Source: Octopus bimaculoides (taxonomy: Eukaryota). From it: 64,000 nucleotides of DNA. The position numbers and the translations under genes were made by a program. Positions 1 to 10,635 of the stretch are shown in pieces (position 1 is the first letter of the stretch; every line of letters starts with the position of its first letter). The stretch is taken from the NCBI RefSeq assembly GCF_001194135.2, contig NC_068982.1, positions 59,856,569-59,920,568 of the forward strand, read 5' to 3'. The notes beneath the pieces are model-generated. The model was not told the DNA's origin. It did not search any database and was given only the letters and a program-made list of their open reading frames with translations.

Positions 1-227
1 GAGGAGTGGAAAACCCAACATTTCGGACACAGTCCTTCTTCAAGGTAAAAGTTGAAAGGAGAGAAATTAATAAAATACAGGTAGAGTTTTACATCCTCTA
101 AGTTGCAGCCATTTTTTTTTTTTAACTAAGAAGATGTAGAACTCTGCTGTCTTTCATTAATTTCTCTTTATTCCAACTTCTTCCCTGAGGAAGGACTCTG
201 TCCAACACACTGGATTTTCTACTCCTC
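1..227. mobile_element. Fold-back (about 105-bp arms) Penelope-like repeat remnant, cut by the window start
   Basis: 1-104 is an imperfect reverse complement of 124-227 (gaggagtggaaaacc vs ggattttctactcctc; gagaaattaataaaatacag vs ctgtctttcattaatttctc). The loop is gcagcc-T run. Arms carry a hammerhead-like core. Confidence 0.65.
14..46 (-). ncRNA. Degenerate minimal hammerhead-ribozyme-like motif
   Basis: Minus strand reads acc-TTGAAGA-A-GGAC-tgt-GTCC-GAAAT-GT-T-GG. C3 and C15.2 are changed to T. The mirror copy at 183-203 reads CTGAGGA-A-GGAC-tct-GTCC. Confidence 0.45.
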
Positions 228-273
228 ATCACAAGTTCACTGTACAGTTTTTATTGATTTTACTATATAAATC

Positions 274-512
274 TTACTCTTTTAGTTGTTTCAGTCATTT
301 GACTGTGGCCATGCTGGAGCACCGCCTTTAGTCGAAGCAATCGACCCCAGGATTTATTCTGTGTAAGCCTAGTACTTATTATATCGGTCTCATTTGCCGA
401 ACAGCTAAGTTACAGGGACGTAAACGCACCAGCATTGGTTGTCAAGCGATGTTGCAGGGACAAACACAGGCACACAAACACAGACACACAAAAACATATA
501 CACACATACATA

Positions 513-546
<34 letters not shown>
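274..546 (-). mobile_element. SINE family A, 3' half plus central microsatellite
   Basis: Reverse complement of the 3' half seen intact at 11985-12382 (gcttgacaacc...ctccagcatggccacagtcaaatgactgaaac). Confidence 0.85.
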
Positions 547-551
<5 letters not shown>

Positions 552-597
552 TTGTTTAAAAGAGTTCCCACTCTGTCTGTTTTTTATGTTTTATTTA

Positions 598-1589
598 NNN
601 NNNNNNNNNNNNNNNNNNNNNNNNNNNNNNNNNNNNNNNNNNNNNNNNNNNNNNNNNNNNNNNNNNNNNNNNNNNNNNNNNNNNNNNNNNNNNNNNNNNN
701 NNNNNNNNNNNNNNNNNNNNNNNNNNNNNNNNNNNNNNNNNNNNNNNNNNNNNNNNNNNNNNNNNNNNNNNNNNNNNNNNNNNNNNNNNNNNNNNNNNNN
801 NNNNNNNNNNNNNNNNNNNNNNNNNNNNNNNNNNNNNNNNNNNNNNNNNNNNNNNNNNNNNNNNNNNNNNNNNNNNNNNNNNNNNNNNNNNNNNNNNNNN
901 NNNNNNNNNNNNNNNNNNNNNNNNNNNNNNNNNNNNNNNNNNNNNNNNNNNNNNNNNNNNNNNNNNNNNNNNNNNNNNNNNNNNNNNNNNNNNNNNNNNN
1001 NNNNNNNNNNNNNNNNNNNNNNNNNNNNNNNNNNNNNNNNNNNNNNNNNNNNNNNNNNNNNNNNNNNNNNNNNNNNNNNNNNNNNNNNNNNNNNNNNNNN
1101 NNNNNNNNNNNNNNNNNNNNNNNNNNNNNNNNNNNNNNNNNNNNNNNNNNNNNNNNNNNNNNNNNNNNNNNNNNNNNNNNNNNNNNNNNNNNNNNNNNNN
1201 NNNNNNNNNNNNNNNNNNNNNNNNNNNNNNNNNNNNNNNNNNNNNNNNNNNNNNNNNNNNNNNNNNNNNNNNNNNNNNNNNNNNNNNNNNNNNNNNNNNN
1301 NNNNNNNNNNNNNNNNNNNNNNNNNNNNNNNNNNNNNNNNNNNNNNNNNNNNNNNNNNNNNNNNNNNNNNNNNNNNNNNNNNNNNNNNNNNNNNNNNNNN
1401 NNNNNNNNNNNNNNNNNNNNNNNNNNNNNNNNNNNNNNNNNNNNNNNNNNNNNNNNNNNNNNNNNNNNNNNNNNNNNNNNNNNNNNNNNNNNNNNNNNNN
1501 NNNNNNNNNNNNNNNNNNNNNNNNNNNNNNNNNNNNNNNNNNNNNNNNNNNNNNNNNNNNNNNNNNNNNNNNNNNNNNNNNNNNNNNNN
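598..1589. other. Assembly gap (N run)
   Basis: N run. Other gaps: 6360-6548, 7322-7566, 18533-18542, 23288-23386, 60454-60876, 62581-62850. Most abut (TA)n or other simple repeats. Confidence 1.
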
Positions 1590-1755
1590 TGAACACTATT
1601 CAATTTTTTTTCTCCTTGTCTCCGTATTCTTTCTGTTGAAGAGCGTAGCTCGAAACATCAAAGACTTTCCGTATTCCCGAGCGTCATACTAATACATCCT
1701 TTTGTTATTTACACCACCTGTCCTCGTCTGTTGTTGTTTTTTCATACATTCTCCC
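1590..1755 (+). mobile_element. Penelope-like terminal-repeat fragment next to (TA)n
   Basis: 1673-1755 is near-identical to 63031-63114 and homologous to 7567-7745 (minus). Contains a hammerhead-like core and is followed directly by (TA)n. Confidence 0.6.
1628..1664 (+). ncRNA. Minimal type-I hammerhead-ribozyme-like motif
   Basis: TCTTT-CTGTTGA-A-GAGC-gta-GCTC-GAAAC-AT-C-AAAGA. Stem I is TCTTT/AAAGA and stem II is GAGC/GCTC. A6>T and G16.2>A deviate from the consensus. Confidence 0.55.
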
Positions 1756-1756
1756 T

Positions 1757-1793
<37 letters not shown>

Positions 1794-1795
<2 letters not shown>

Positions 1796-1958
1796 GATGG
1801 GATTCTTTCAGTTTCCATCTACCAAATCCACTCACAAGGCTTTGGTTGGTCCGAGGCTATGGTAGAAGACATTTGCTCAAGGTGCCACACAGTGAGTATG
1901 AACCCGGAACCACGTGATTGGTAAGCAAGCTACTTACCACACAGCCACTCCTGCACCT
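1794..1958 (-). mobile_element. SINE family A, tRNA-derived 5' half
   Basis: Reverse complement of gcaggagtggctgtgtggtaagtagc...gttc(B box)...cttgagcaaatgtcttctac...gaaactgaaagaa. Confidence 0.85.
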
Positions 1959-2102
1959 AAAGAAAGAACAACACCAGCCTCACTTACATATGTATATTTG
2001 TGTGTGTATGTAGTCTAGTGACTTAAACCAGAAAATAATATCTTAATAATTAATAAATGATAATCTATGCTATTTCTCCATCCTATACCCACTGCCATTC
2101 TC

Positions 2103-2391
2103 CTGAGTGAATTTGGTAGACGGAAACCGAAAGAAGCCCGTCGTATATATGTATATATATATGTGTGTGTGTGTGTATATGTTTGTGTGTCTGTCTTTGT
2201 CCCCCCAACATCACTTGACAACCTATGCTGGTGTGTTCACGTCCCCGTAACATAGCGGTTCGGCAAAAGAGACTGATAGAATAAGTACTAGGCTTACAAA
2301 GAATAAGTCCTGGGGTCGATTTGCTCGACTAAAGGCGGTGTTCCAGCATGGCCACAGTCAAATGACTGAAACAAGTAAAAGAGTAAAAGAG
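2103..2391 (+). mobile_element. SINE family A, 5'-truncated
   Basis: Has the end of the 5' half, the TA/TG tract and the complete 3' half ending gtaaaagagtaaaagag. Confidence 0.85.
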
Positions 2392-2859
2392 AATGAATTA
2401 ACTGTCTTTATTATTTGCTACAGTATTTTTTCTTGTTTTGTATTTCATGCCCACAGTGCAATGCAGTGGGACTGAACCCAGAACCATGTAATTGGGAAGC
2501 AAGATTTTTACCACAAAGCCACACCTGTGCCTATCTTTATGTTGCTTTCAAATGTCACTAATTAAGTCATCTATAAAAATAGCAATGTCAAACATGTCAT
2601 AACATCTTAATTACACTAAAGGACAATAATAGTCAAGAAAGACTTCGTAAATATTCAAAGATGATATATTTCATCAACTCTTGAGAAAATTTTTGCAGGA
2701 AAAAATATGTCTTAGCAAAAATTTAATAATCTTGAATTAAATTGCACACAATATCCAACTTGTAGTATTTTAAACGTGTTTTATATTTTTATTTATATTT
2801 TTATTTCTTTTTAATTTCTTCTTTTCTCTCATATTTAAAATTTTTTTTATTTTTATATT

Positions 2860-3342
2860 CTTACAATATTAGAATTGGAGTAGATATCTCTTCCCAAATA
2901 TATACTTTTCTGATAAAGGAACTGATTGGTTAAGAAACTGAATGAAAGAGAGAAAAGTAGCTGATAAAGCAGAAGAAGGAATAACTGTACAAGAAAAATA
3001 TGTACAAAGAGAGAAAGAACAAGAGAAAGTGAGAAAGGATGTGTGTGTAAGAAAGAGAGAGAGAGAGAAACAGACAAACAAACAGAGAGACAGACCTACA
3101 GTGAGAGAGAAATAGTGAGAGGGAGAGAGAAAGGTGAGGAAATGGAGAGAGCAAGAGAGAGAGGAGTGAAAGAGTAAGGTGAGAGAGAAATCGAAAACAA
3201 AATAGAAAAATAAGAAAAAAGTAGAAGAAATGTAAATATAATTTATGATAGAGAAAAAAAATATAGAAGTGAGTGAGTAATATACACACACATATACATA
3301 TATATTATATATGTATGCATGTATGTGCTACATACATATATA

Positions 3343-3405
<63 letters not shown>

Positions 3406-3420
3406 ATATATACACTTGTA
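2860..3420. repeat. GA-rich low-complexity tract and (TA)n
   Basis: Direct inspection. Confidence 0.9.
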
Positions 3421-3713
3421 TACTTACATATATTTACATGTTCTCTCTCTCACACACACACTATATGAGTGAGCTAGGTGGGGAGAAGGAAATGCAAAAT
3501 ACAAGAGACATTAAATATGTTGGGAAATTGTTTTAAGTGATCAAAAATTAAAAATTAAATACTTGAGAACGACAAAATTTGGAAATATAGTATAAAAAAA
3601 CAAAAAAACACCAAGCTCTAAATAAAACAAATATTTAAATGTGAGAAATTACACAAAATTTTGGGGAAAAGTTCACTGAAAGAACAAAGCAAGAAACGGC
3701 AAGCAACAACAAC

Positions 3714-3767
<54 letters not shown>

Positions 3768-3792
3768 GGTTTTGGTGGTGGTGGGGGTGGTT

Positions 3793-3833
<41 letters not shown>

Positions 3834-3935
3834 TCTCTTATTTACTTATTCAGTGTGTCGCTGTTGTTACTTTTAGGATATTCACACTTTTTGATGATGA
3901 TGATGATGATGATGATATTGATGATGATGATGATG
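3714..3935. repeat. (GTA)n/(GTG)n and (GAT)n trinucleotide microsatellites
   Basis: Direct inspection. Source of the poly-V and poly-M ORFs. Confidence 0.95.
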
Positions 3936-4504
3936 AAGATGCTTTTCTATTTCTCCCTCTTTGATGCCATCATCTTGTCACTACTGCTGCTATCTGTGTT
4001 TTTATTATTATCATTATATATATATTTTTTTTTTCTTGCTACTCCTGCAGTTGTTATTGCTGATATTCTTCATATTATTGCTGTTGATTGTTGTTGTTGT
4101 TGTAGTGACTGTCTAGTTGTTACTGTTGTTGTTGTCACTTTTTTTATATTTTGTTGCTATTATTATTGTTAGCAGGATGAGATTCCTCCTGTTAGAAACC
4201 AATTGCTTTATTGCTATTAAATGAAATAGAAAAATGCCCTTCTTACTCTAAACCCAGCAGTGTCTATGTTTTTCTTAGAATTTCTTTTTTTTTTTTTTTT
4301 TCAGTATTTCAACCGTATCACAAAAAAACAGAGACACACATATAAACCAATAAAACCAAAAAAATAGAAAAGGTCTGTTGCTTAAAGACAGCATTCCTTC
4401 TTGAAGAAATAATCTCTTTCTCAGATTTGCTTCTAGCTGTTAGAATCTCAGGACTCAGTAATTATGAAAAAAAACATCCCACTTCTTATTGTACATTATT
4501 TGTA

Positions 4505-4537
<33 letters not shown>

Positions 4538-4836
4538 TTATTTATTTATTAGTATCCCTCACCAACATCCAGTTTGTTTGGCGAGGGTGTAAAAAAAAAA
4601 CTACAATAACAATAGCAACAACAAAAGAAACAAAGAATTAAAGCAAAGGAGATTAAAGGCACAGGAGAATAAATTGTCGACATGGTTTTTGATTTTTCTT
4701 GTAAAACACTGTGAAATATGTTAACAACACACACACACACACGCACACACACACACACATACACACACACACACAAATAAAAGTAAAAGAAAAAGAAGGA
4801 CAGTAAAACTTCCAGAAAGATCTGGAGGTTTTTCAG

Positions 4837-4943
4837 GTACGCTTTATGTAATGGGGATGTGAATGAAAAGCTGCATGACAAACAAGGCACAAACAAACTT
4901 ATGGAAGACGAATCACTGTATCAAGTGAAGCACAATATTTCCG
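4837..4943 (+). CDS. Candidate coding exon (YALCNGDVNEKLHDKQGTNKLMEDESLYQVKHNIS), possibly a first exon with start at MEDES
   Basis: tttttcag acceptor, one open frame and a strong donor CCG|gtaagt. Ends in phase 1, compatible with 21379-21422. No homolog recognised. Confidence 0.4.
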
Positions 4944-5611
4944 GTAAGTAAAGTTTGGTTCAGTGAAAAGAGGGAATACAAACAGCAGGAGGGCTCTTTG
5001 TTGGTTTTCACTTGATCTTCTCTGCATATCAAAAAAACTCACTTTTTTTGCATAGAAACCAAGTAAACAGCAAATTGGTTAAAGAAAGAAAACTCTTGAA
5101 AGCTGTTCATTAAGATAGAAATGAAAAATAAAACTAAATACAAAGATAAAAAGACATAAGGACCCATATTTTCCTTTCTATGTTTATTACAAACTGATAG
5201 GACCCTATCAGTTTTAGCATGTATCTAAAATAATTGCCGCACCACCAAAAGTTATTTTATTCAAATACTCAGTTACTTTTTATATGTTTGTCTAACATGC
5301 TCATACCATTATACTTAGTGTTGTGTCTCTCTTTTAGTTTCTTATTAACAACCACTGGCAAAATGCACACACACACATATGCATTATATAATTGGTCAGT
5401 TGTCCTTTAAGCTCCCACAAAAAAGTACACTCTAAAAACGTTTTTGAGCAGTTATATTTTCTGTAGTTGAATAGTATATCTTTGGTTATTGCCAGTCAAG
5501 ATATTTGTCACCAGCCAGCAGGTTTTATGAGTCACCTACACTGCTTGATGTGAAACCAATGGAAACTTTCTGACCAGCCATAACCGAGGATCCTACTCAA
5601 CTATATAATTT

Positions 5612-5905
5612 ATCATCATCATCATCATCATCGTCATTTAACGTCCATTTTCCATGCTGGCACGGGTTGGACGGTTTGACTGAAAACTGGTAAGCTGCAC
5701 CAGGTTCCAGTCTGATTTGGCATAATTTCTATGGCTGGATGCCCTTCCTAACACCAACCCCTGCAAGAATGTAGTAGGTGCTCTTTACATGCCACCAGCA
5801 CAGGTACCAGTTACGCAGCACCAGCATTGGCCACGACTATGACCTCACTTGGCTTTACAGGTTTTCTCAAGCACGATATACTGCCAATGGTCTCAGTCAC
5901 TTGTC
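5612..5905 (-). mobile_element. RTE-type 3' end with (GAT)n tail
   Basis: catcatcgtcatttaacgtccattttccatgctggcacgggttggacgg matches the 3' end of the RTE copy at 36345-36792. Confidence 0.75.
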
Positions 5906-5956
5906 TCCATATATGTATGTGTGCATGTATGAATGTATGTATACATATATATATTA

Positions 5957-6085
5957 TAGTTTTTACTGGGACATCATCTTGAAGGGCTTAGTTAAACAAA
6001 TACATCCCAGTAGTAATTTTTACGGGGATGTAAATAAACCAACACTGGTTGTCAAGTGGTGGTGGAGGACACAGACCCATTGATA
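5957..6085 (-). mobile_element. SINE family A, 3' half (outer element of a nest)
   Basis: ggggatgtaaataaaccaacactggttgtcaagtggtggtgg, followed by the microsatellite. Confidence 0.7.
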
Positions 6086-6152
6086 TATATAGATATACAT
6101 ATCTATATATATACAAAATATATATATATGTGTGTATACACACACACACGCA

Positions 6153-6205
<53 letters not shown>

Positions 6206-6208
<3 letters not shown>

Positions 6209-6775
6209 GGTGCAGGCATGTCTGTGCGGTAAGAAGTCTGTTCCTCAACCATATGGTTCTGGTTCAGTTCCACTGCATGACACCTTTGGCAAATGTTTTC
6301 CACTATAGCTTCAGGTCAACCAAAGCCTTGTGAGTTGCTTTAGGAGACAGAAACTGGAANNNNNNNNNNNNNNNNNNNNNNNNNNNNNNNNNNNNNNNNN
6401 NNNNNNNNNNNNNNNNNNNNNNNNNNNNNNNNNNNNNNNNNNNNNNNNNNNNNNNNNNNNNNNNNNNNNNNNNNNNNNNNNNNNNNNNNNNNNNNNNNNN
6501 NNNNNNNNNNNNNNNNNNNNNNNNNNNNNNNNNNNNNNNNNNNNNNNNTATATATATATATATATATATATATCTTTATATCTTTATCCCCCCCACCATT
6601 TTACAACCAGTGTTGGTATGTTTACATCCCTGTAGTCTAGCAGTTTGGTGAAAGAGACTGATAGAATAAGTAACAGGCTTTAACAAAAAGAAGTACTGGA
6701 ATCGATTTATTTGGTTAAAATTCTTCAAGACAGTGCCCCAGCATGGCTGCTATTTAATGACTAAAGCAAATAAAA
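6206..6775 (+). mobile_element. SINE family A spanning a gap
   Basis: 5' half at 6206-6359, gap, (TA)n, then 3' half at 6580-6775. Confidence 0.8.
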
Positions 6776-6873
6776 TATATACAATATGTATATTTATATA
6801 CAATATGTATATTTATATACATACACACAATATGTACATATATATGTATATATAAACAATATATTCATATAAA

Positions 6874-7050
6874 TCATCATCATCACCATTTAATGTCCAT
6901 TTTCCGTGCTGGCATGGGTGGAATGGTTCGACTGGAACTAGTAAGCCAGAGACTGCAGCAGACTCCAGTCATCAGTTTTGGCTAGGTTTCTACAGTTGGA
7001 TGCTCTTCCTAATGCCAACCCCTTTACAGAGTGTACTGGTAGTGTTTTAC
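6874..7050 (-). mobile_element. RTE-type 3' end
   Basis: (CAT)n-ttaatgtccattttccgtgctggcatgggt...gatgctcttcctaatgccaacc. Confidence 0.7.
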
Positions 7051-7074
7051 GTGCATGTGTGTGTGTATACATAC

Positions 7075-7118
<44 letters not shown>

Positions 7119-7321
7119 TGGCACTCTATCGCTTACGACGTCGTGGGTTCCAGTTGATCTGATCAACAGAACAGCCTGCTCATGAAATTAACATGCAAGT
7201 GGCTGAGCACTCCACAGACACATGTACCTTTAGCGTAGTTCTCGGGGATATTCAGCATGACACAGTGTGACAAGGCTGACCCTTTGAATTACAGGTACAA
7301 CAGAAACAGGAAGTAAGAGCG
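7119..7321 (-). mobile_element. SINE family C, 3' part
   Basis: Reverse complement of 46430-46610 (gtacctgtaat...agccttgtcaca...agccacttgca...tcaactggaac). Confidence 0.75.
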
Positions 7322-7566
7322 NNNNNNNNNNNNNNNNNNNNNNNNNNNNNNNNNNNNNNNNNNNNNNNNNNNNNNNNNNNNNNNNNNNNNNNNNNNNNNN
7401 NNNNNNNNNNNNNNNNNNNNNNNNNNNNNNNNNNNNNNNNNNNNNNNNNNNNNNNNNNNNNNNNNNNNNNNNNNNNNNNNNNNNNNNNNNNNNNNNNNNN
7501 NNNNNNNNNNNNNNNNNNNNNNNNNNNNNNNNNNNNNNNNNNNNNNNNNNNNNNNNNNNNNNNNNN

Positions 7567-7745
7567 TAAAAAATAAAGAAAAAACAACAAAAAAACGTGA
7601 GGACATGGTACATGCAAAGTATTAACAGACGCTAAGGGAAGAAAAGAAAGGTAGTTTTATGTTTCGAGCAAAGCTCTTCTTCAGAAACAAGAGACAGAGG
7701 AGAGTCCAAGAGAAAAGGAAGACAGAGGAAAAAAATCGTCAATAC
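7567..7745 (-). mobile_element. Penelope-like terminal-repeat fragment (subfamily related to 1590-1755)
   Basis: Aligns by eye with the reverse complement of 1590-1745 (aaaaaacaacaa..acg.gaggaca...gacgct..gggaa...atgtttcgagc.a.gctcttc..cagaaa). Sits next to a TA-rich tract. Confidence 0.55.
7654..7688 (-). ncRNA. Minimal type-I hammerhead-ribozyme-like motif
   Basis: GTTT-CTGAAGA-A-GAGC-ttt-GCTC-GAAAC-AT-A-AAAC. Stem I is GTTT/AAAC and stem II is GAGC/GCTC. Only G16.2>A, a CpG-type change, deviates. Confidence 0.6.
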
Positions 7746-7793
7746 ACAATACATATATATATTTTAATATATTTTATATATATATATATATAT

Positions 7794-7952
7794 ACGACGG
7801 GTTTCTTTCAGTTTCCATCTACCATATCCACTCACAAGGCTATGGTTGGTCCGAGTCTATAGTAGAAGACACTTGCCCATGGTGCCATGCAGTGGGACTG
7901 AACCCAAACCATGTGGTTGGAAGCAAGCTTCTTACCACATGGCCATGGCTAT
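7794..7952 (-). mobile_element. SINE family A, 5' half
   Basis: acgacgggtttctttcagtttccatctacc...cttaccacatggccatg. Confidence 0.85.
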
Positions 7953-8717
7953 GCCTATAGCCACAGTTGCATCTATAGCTACAGCTGCCTATTACAATAT
8001 GTGCCTATTACAAAATTACAGTATGTGCCTGTGTATATTATAACCACCTTCATCATCATTTAATATCCATTTTCAGTTTTGGCATGGGTTGGACCATTTG
8101 ATGAGATCCAAGAGGTTCATGGACTACATCAGGTTCCAATGTCTGTTTTGCATGGTTTCAATGATTGGATGCCTTGCTTAATTCCCTTCTTAATATAAAC
8201 CACTTTCTATTGTGTATTATACACTTTTCTCATTCCACCAGCATACACTTGCATACCTACCAAACCTGAGAAAGGGAATTTATGGTAGCAGATTAAGTTT
8301 GCGATATGAAAGAAGTGGGTGGAGCAGAGTGCATGGTTACTCACATTTAAGAAGGAGTTAAAACAAATCCCAAGTGGCTACAAAGAGACAAATAATGATG
8401 AGGAAGTGTCCAAGTAGCACCTCAAGGTACAAGGTGAGTGGAAGTGAGAGGGGAGTAGAAACTAGAGGTGGGTAGGGGTTGTAGAGTGTTTGGGGTAGAG
8501 TTAGAGGAAATGGGAAAGGGAGGCAGGCAATATAGGGGTAGGGTTGAAGGATGGATATGAGGGAGGGGGTGATTTGTGAATGGTGCTGGAATGCAAGAAG
8601 AGAGCAGAAACAGGATAATAATGATGATGCCAATGACATGGGGGTGGACAAGAGAGAAAGTATATGTTTGGAGAGGAGATGGAGAAAGAGAGAAAGTCAA
8701 GTGTAGTACATGAGGAT

Positions 8718-9026
8718 GGAGGCGCAATGGCTCAGTGGTTAGGGCAGCAGACTTGCGGTCGGAAGATCGCGGTTTCGATTCCCAGACCGGGCATTGTGTG
8801 TGTTTATTGAGCGAAAACACCTAAAAGCTCCACGAGGCTCCAGCAGAGGGTGGTGGTGACCCCTGTTGTACACTTTCGTCCCAACTTTCTCTCACTCTTT
8901 CTTCCTGTTTCTTGAGTAACGCTGCGATGGACTGGCGTCCCGTCCAGCTGGGGGGAACACATACGCCATAGAAACCGAGAAACCTGGCCCATGAGGCAGG
9001 CTAGGCTTTAAAACAGCGAAAAAGAT
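8718..9026 (+). mobile_element. tRNA-derived SINE family B, full length with 12-bp TSD
   Basis: A box ggcgcaatggctcagtgg (tRNA-Arg-like start) and B box ggtttcgattccc. TSD gtacatgaggat at 8706-8717 and 9027-9038. Second copy at 18061-18365. Resembles the described octopus OR-type SINEs (from memory). Confidence 0.85.
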
Positions 9027-9104
9027 GTACATGAGGATAGAATTCAGTGGTCCAGTGAAGGGATGGAGGAGATCAATGTGACATGTGGATGTTGAAGACA
9101 GTAT

Positions 9105-9320
9105 CACTTTCGAGTTTTGGCACAAGGCCAGCAATTTTGTGGAGGGGACTAGTTGATTACAACAACACCAAGACACAATTGCTACTTACTTTATTGATTC
9201 CAAAAGGATGAAAGGCAAAGTCAACCTTGGCAGAATTTGAACTCAGAACATAAAGACAGATGAAATGCCACTAAGAATTTTTGCTAATGTGCTAACGATT
9301 CTACCAGCTTGCCACATTGG
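9105..9320 (-). mobile_element. SINE family D
   Basis: ttttggcacaaggccagc...aaaggatgaaaggcaaagtcaacc...gaatttgaactcagaac...gctaacgattctaccagctt. Confidence 0.75.
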
Positions 9321-9399
9321 TGTTGAAGATAATATTAACAGACTACAGAATGTGGTATCAGGAGCTGCAGTGGGACAGATTTGGTGGGGGTAAGGATGT

Positions 9400-9858
9400 G
9401 ATTAGCTGATGTGTCCATTTGTGCATCTATGCAATATGTATACAAACAGTGCTCCCAAAAGACCGTTTTGCCACAGTGGAGGTGTCTTCTTGAGGACTGC
9501 ATATCACCAGACATCCCAGTCCTTTGTCATCTCTTTCATAATGCTCAGGATTCTAAGGCCAGCCTTCACCACTTTGTGTCCTTTTATACTCGGTTTTCCT
9601 TGTCAACAAAATCCAGCCACATTTAGTGATCGTTACTTCCTTATACAGTGGTCCTCAGCCATACACATCACATGCCCATGCCATGATAGTCTTCTTTCTT
9701 ACACACCATATCTGATTCTTCTTATGTCCAGTTTTTCTCTCAGCATTTTTGTCACTTATACATGTTCACACTGCACACCCCACAGATCATGCTTGCTTAA
9801 TTTCTTTCCAGTCTTCATGATCCACTGCATTCAAGGCTCGTGTCACATTACCATATAG
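9400..9858 (-). mobile_element. RTE-clade LINE ORF2 C-terminal remnant
   Basis: Minus frames give MLYGNVTRAL..., LREKLDIRRIRYGV*ERRLSWHGHVMCMAEDHCIRK* and VVKAGLRILSIMKEMTKDWDVW*YAVLKKT, the LLYG / RLRWxGHVxRM region of RTE ORF2. Confidence 0.85.
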
Positions 9859-9977
9859 CATATGTATGTAATTTTCATCTTGTGTTTCAAATCCTGCTCA
9901 GGTTAGTTCTGCCTTTTTATCTATCGATCTATTCCAAATACCAAGTAAATATAGAGTTTATAAAAATTCACTATGCA

Positions 9978-10120
9978 GAGGCACGTGGCTTAGTGGTTAG
10001 GGTGTTGCACTCATGAATGTAAGATTGTGATTTCAATTCCTTGACCATGTGATGTAATGTGTTCTTGAGCAAGACACTACATTTCACATTGCTCTAGTTC
10101 ATTCAGCAAGCAAAAATAAG
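9978..10120 (+). mobile_element. SINE family C/E-type tRNA head and central domain
   Basis: gcacgtggcttagtggttagggtgttgcactcatga...ttcaattcc...gttcttgagcaagacact. Confidence 0.7.
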
Positions 10121-10377
10121 TGTCCAAATGTGTGTGGGGGGAGCATAAATATGTACATGTGTGAGTGGGATGAATGTAAATGTGTATGTGTGTGTCCATG
10201 TATGTGTATAAGTTTGCATACATATACATGTTCAACTGTGTGAGTATAAGTTTGCATATGTGTACATGCTCAACTGTATTAGTATGTTGTGAACCAGCAC
10301 ATGTTATGCATTTGTGAATGCGTTGTTTGCCTATTTCTAATTAATAAACTTATATATAGTCTGTGTGTATGTGTATC

Positions 10378-10477
10378 TGTCTATATATGAACTTTTTACT
10401 TTCCTACATTCACAACATGCAGCATTCTTGTAACATGTGTAAGTTTATGTACATGTGTGTGCATGTGTGTGTGCATT

Positions 10478-10519
<42 letters not shown>

Positions 10520-10635
10520 TATATATGAGCTTTTTACTTTCCTACATTCACAACATGCAGCATTCTTGTAACATGTGTAAGTTTATGTGCGTGTGTCTGC
10601 ATGTTTGTGTGTGTGTGTGTGTGTGTGTGTGCACT
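10378..10635. repeat. Tandem duplication (period about 138 bp) with (GT)n spacers
   Basis: tgtctatatatga(a/g)ctttttactttcctacattcacaacatgcagcattcttgtaacatgtgtaagtttatgt at 10378 and 10516. Confidence 0.95.

Noticed and set aside
435-1692. Long ORFs of 333-417 aa (also those at 6330, 7230-7617, 23039-23547, 60370-60936 and 62401-62930)
   Set aside because: They run through N gaps, so X residues hide stops, and the real parts are SINE or microsatellite sequence.
3273-4172. ORFs with poly-YI, poly-V, poly-M and poly-C (similar at 35009-35351, 49318-49633, 50770 and 60928-61350)
   Set aside because: Translations of (TA)n, (GTA)n, (GAT)n, (TG)n and (ATT)n microsatellites.
8718-8795. tRNA genes at SINE heads
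   Set aside because: A and B boxes are present, but the cloverleafs are incomplete and each continues into a SINE body.
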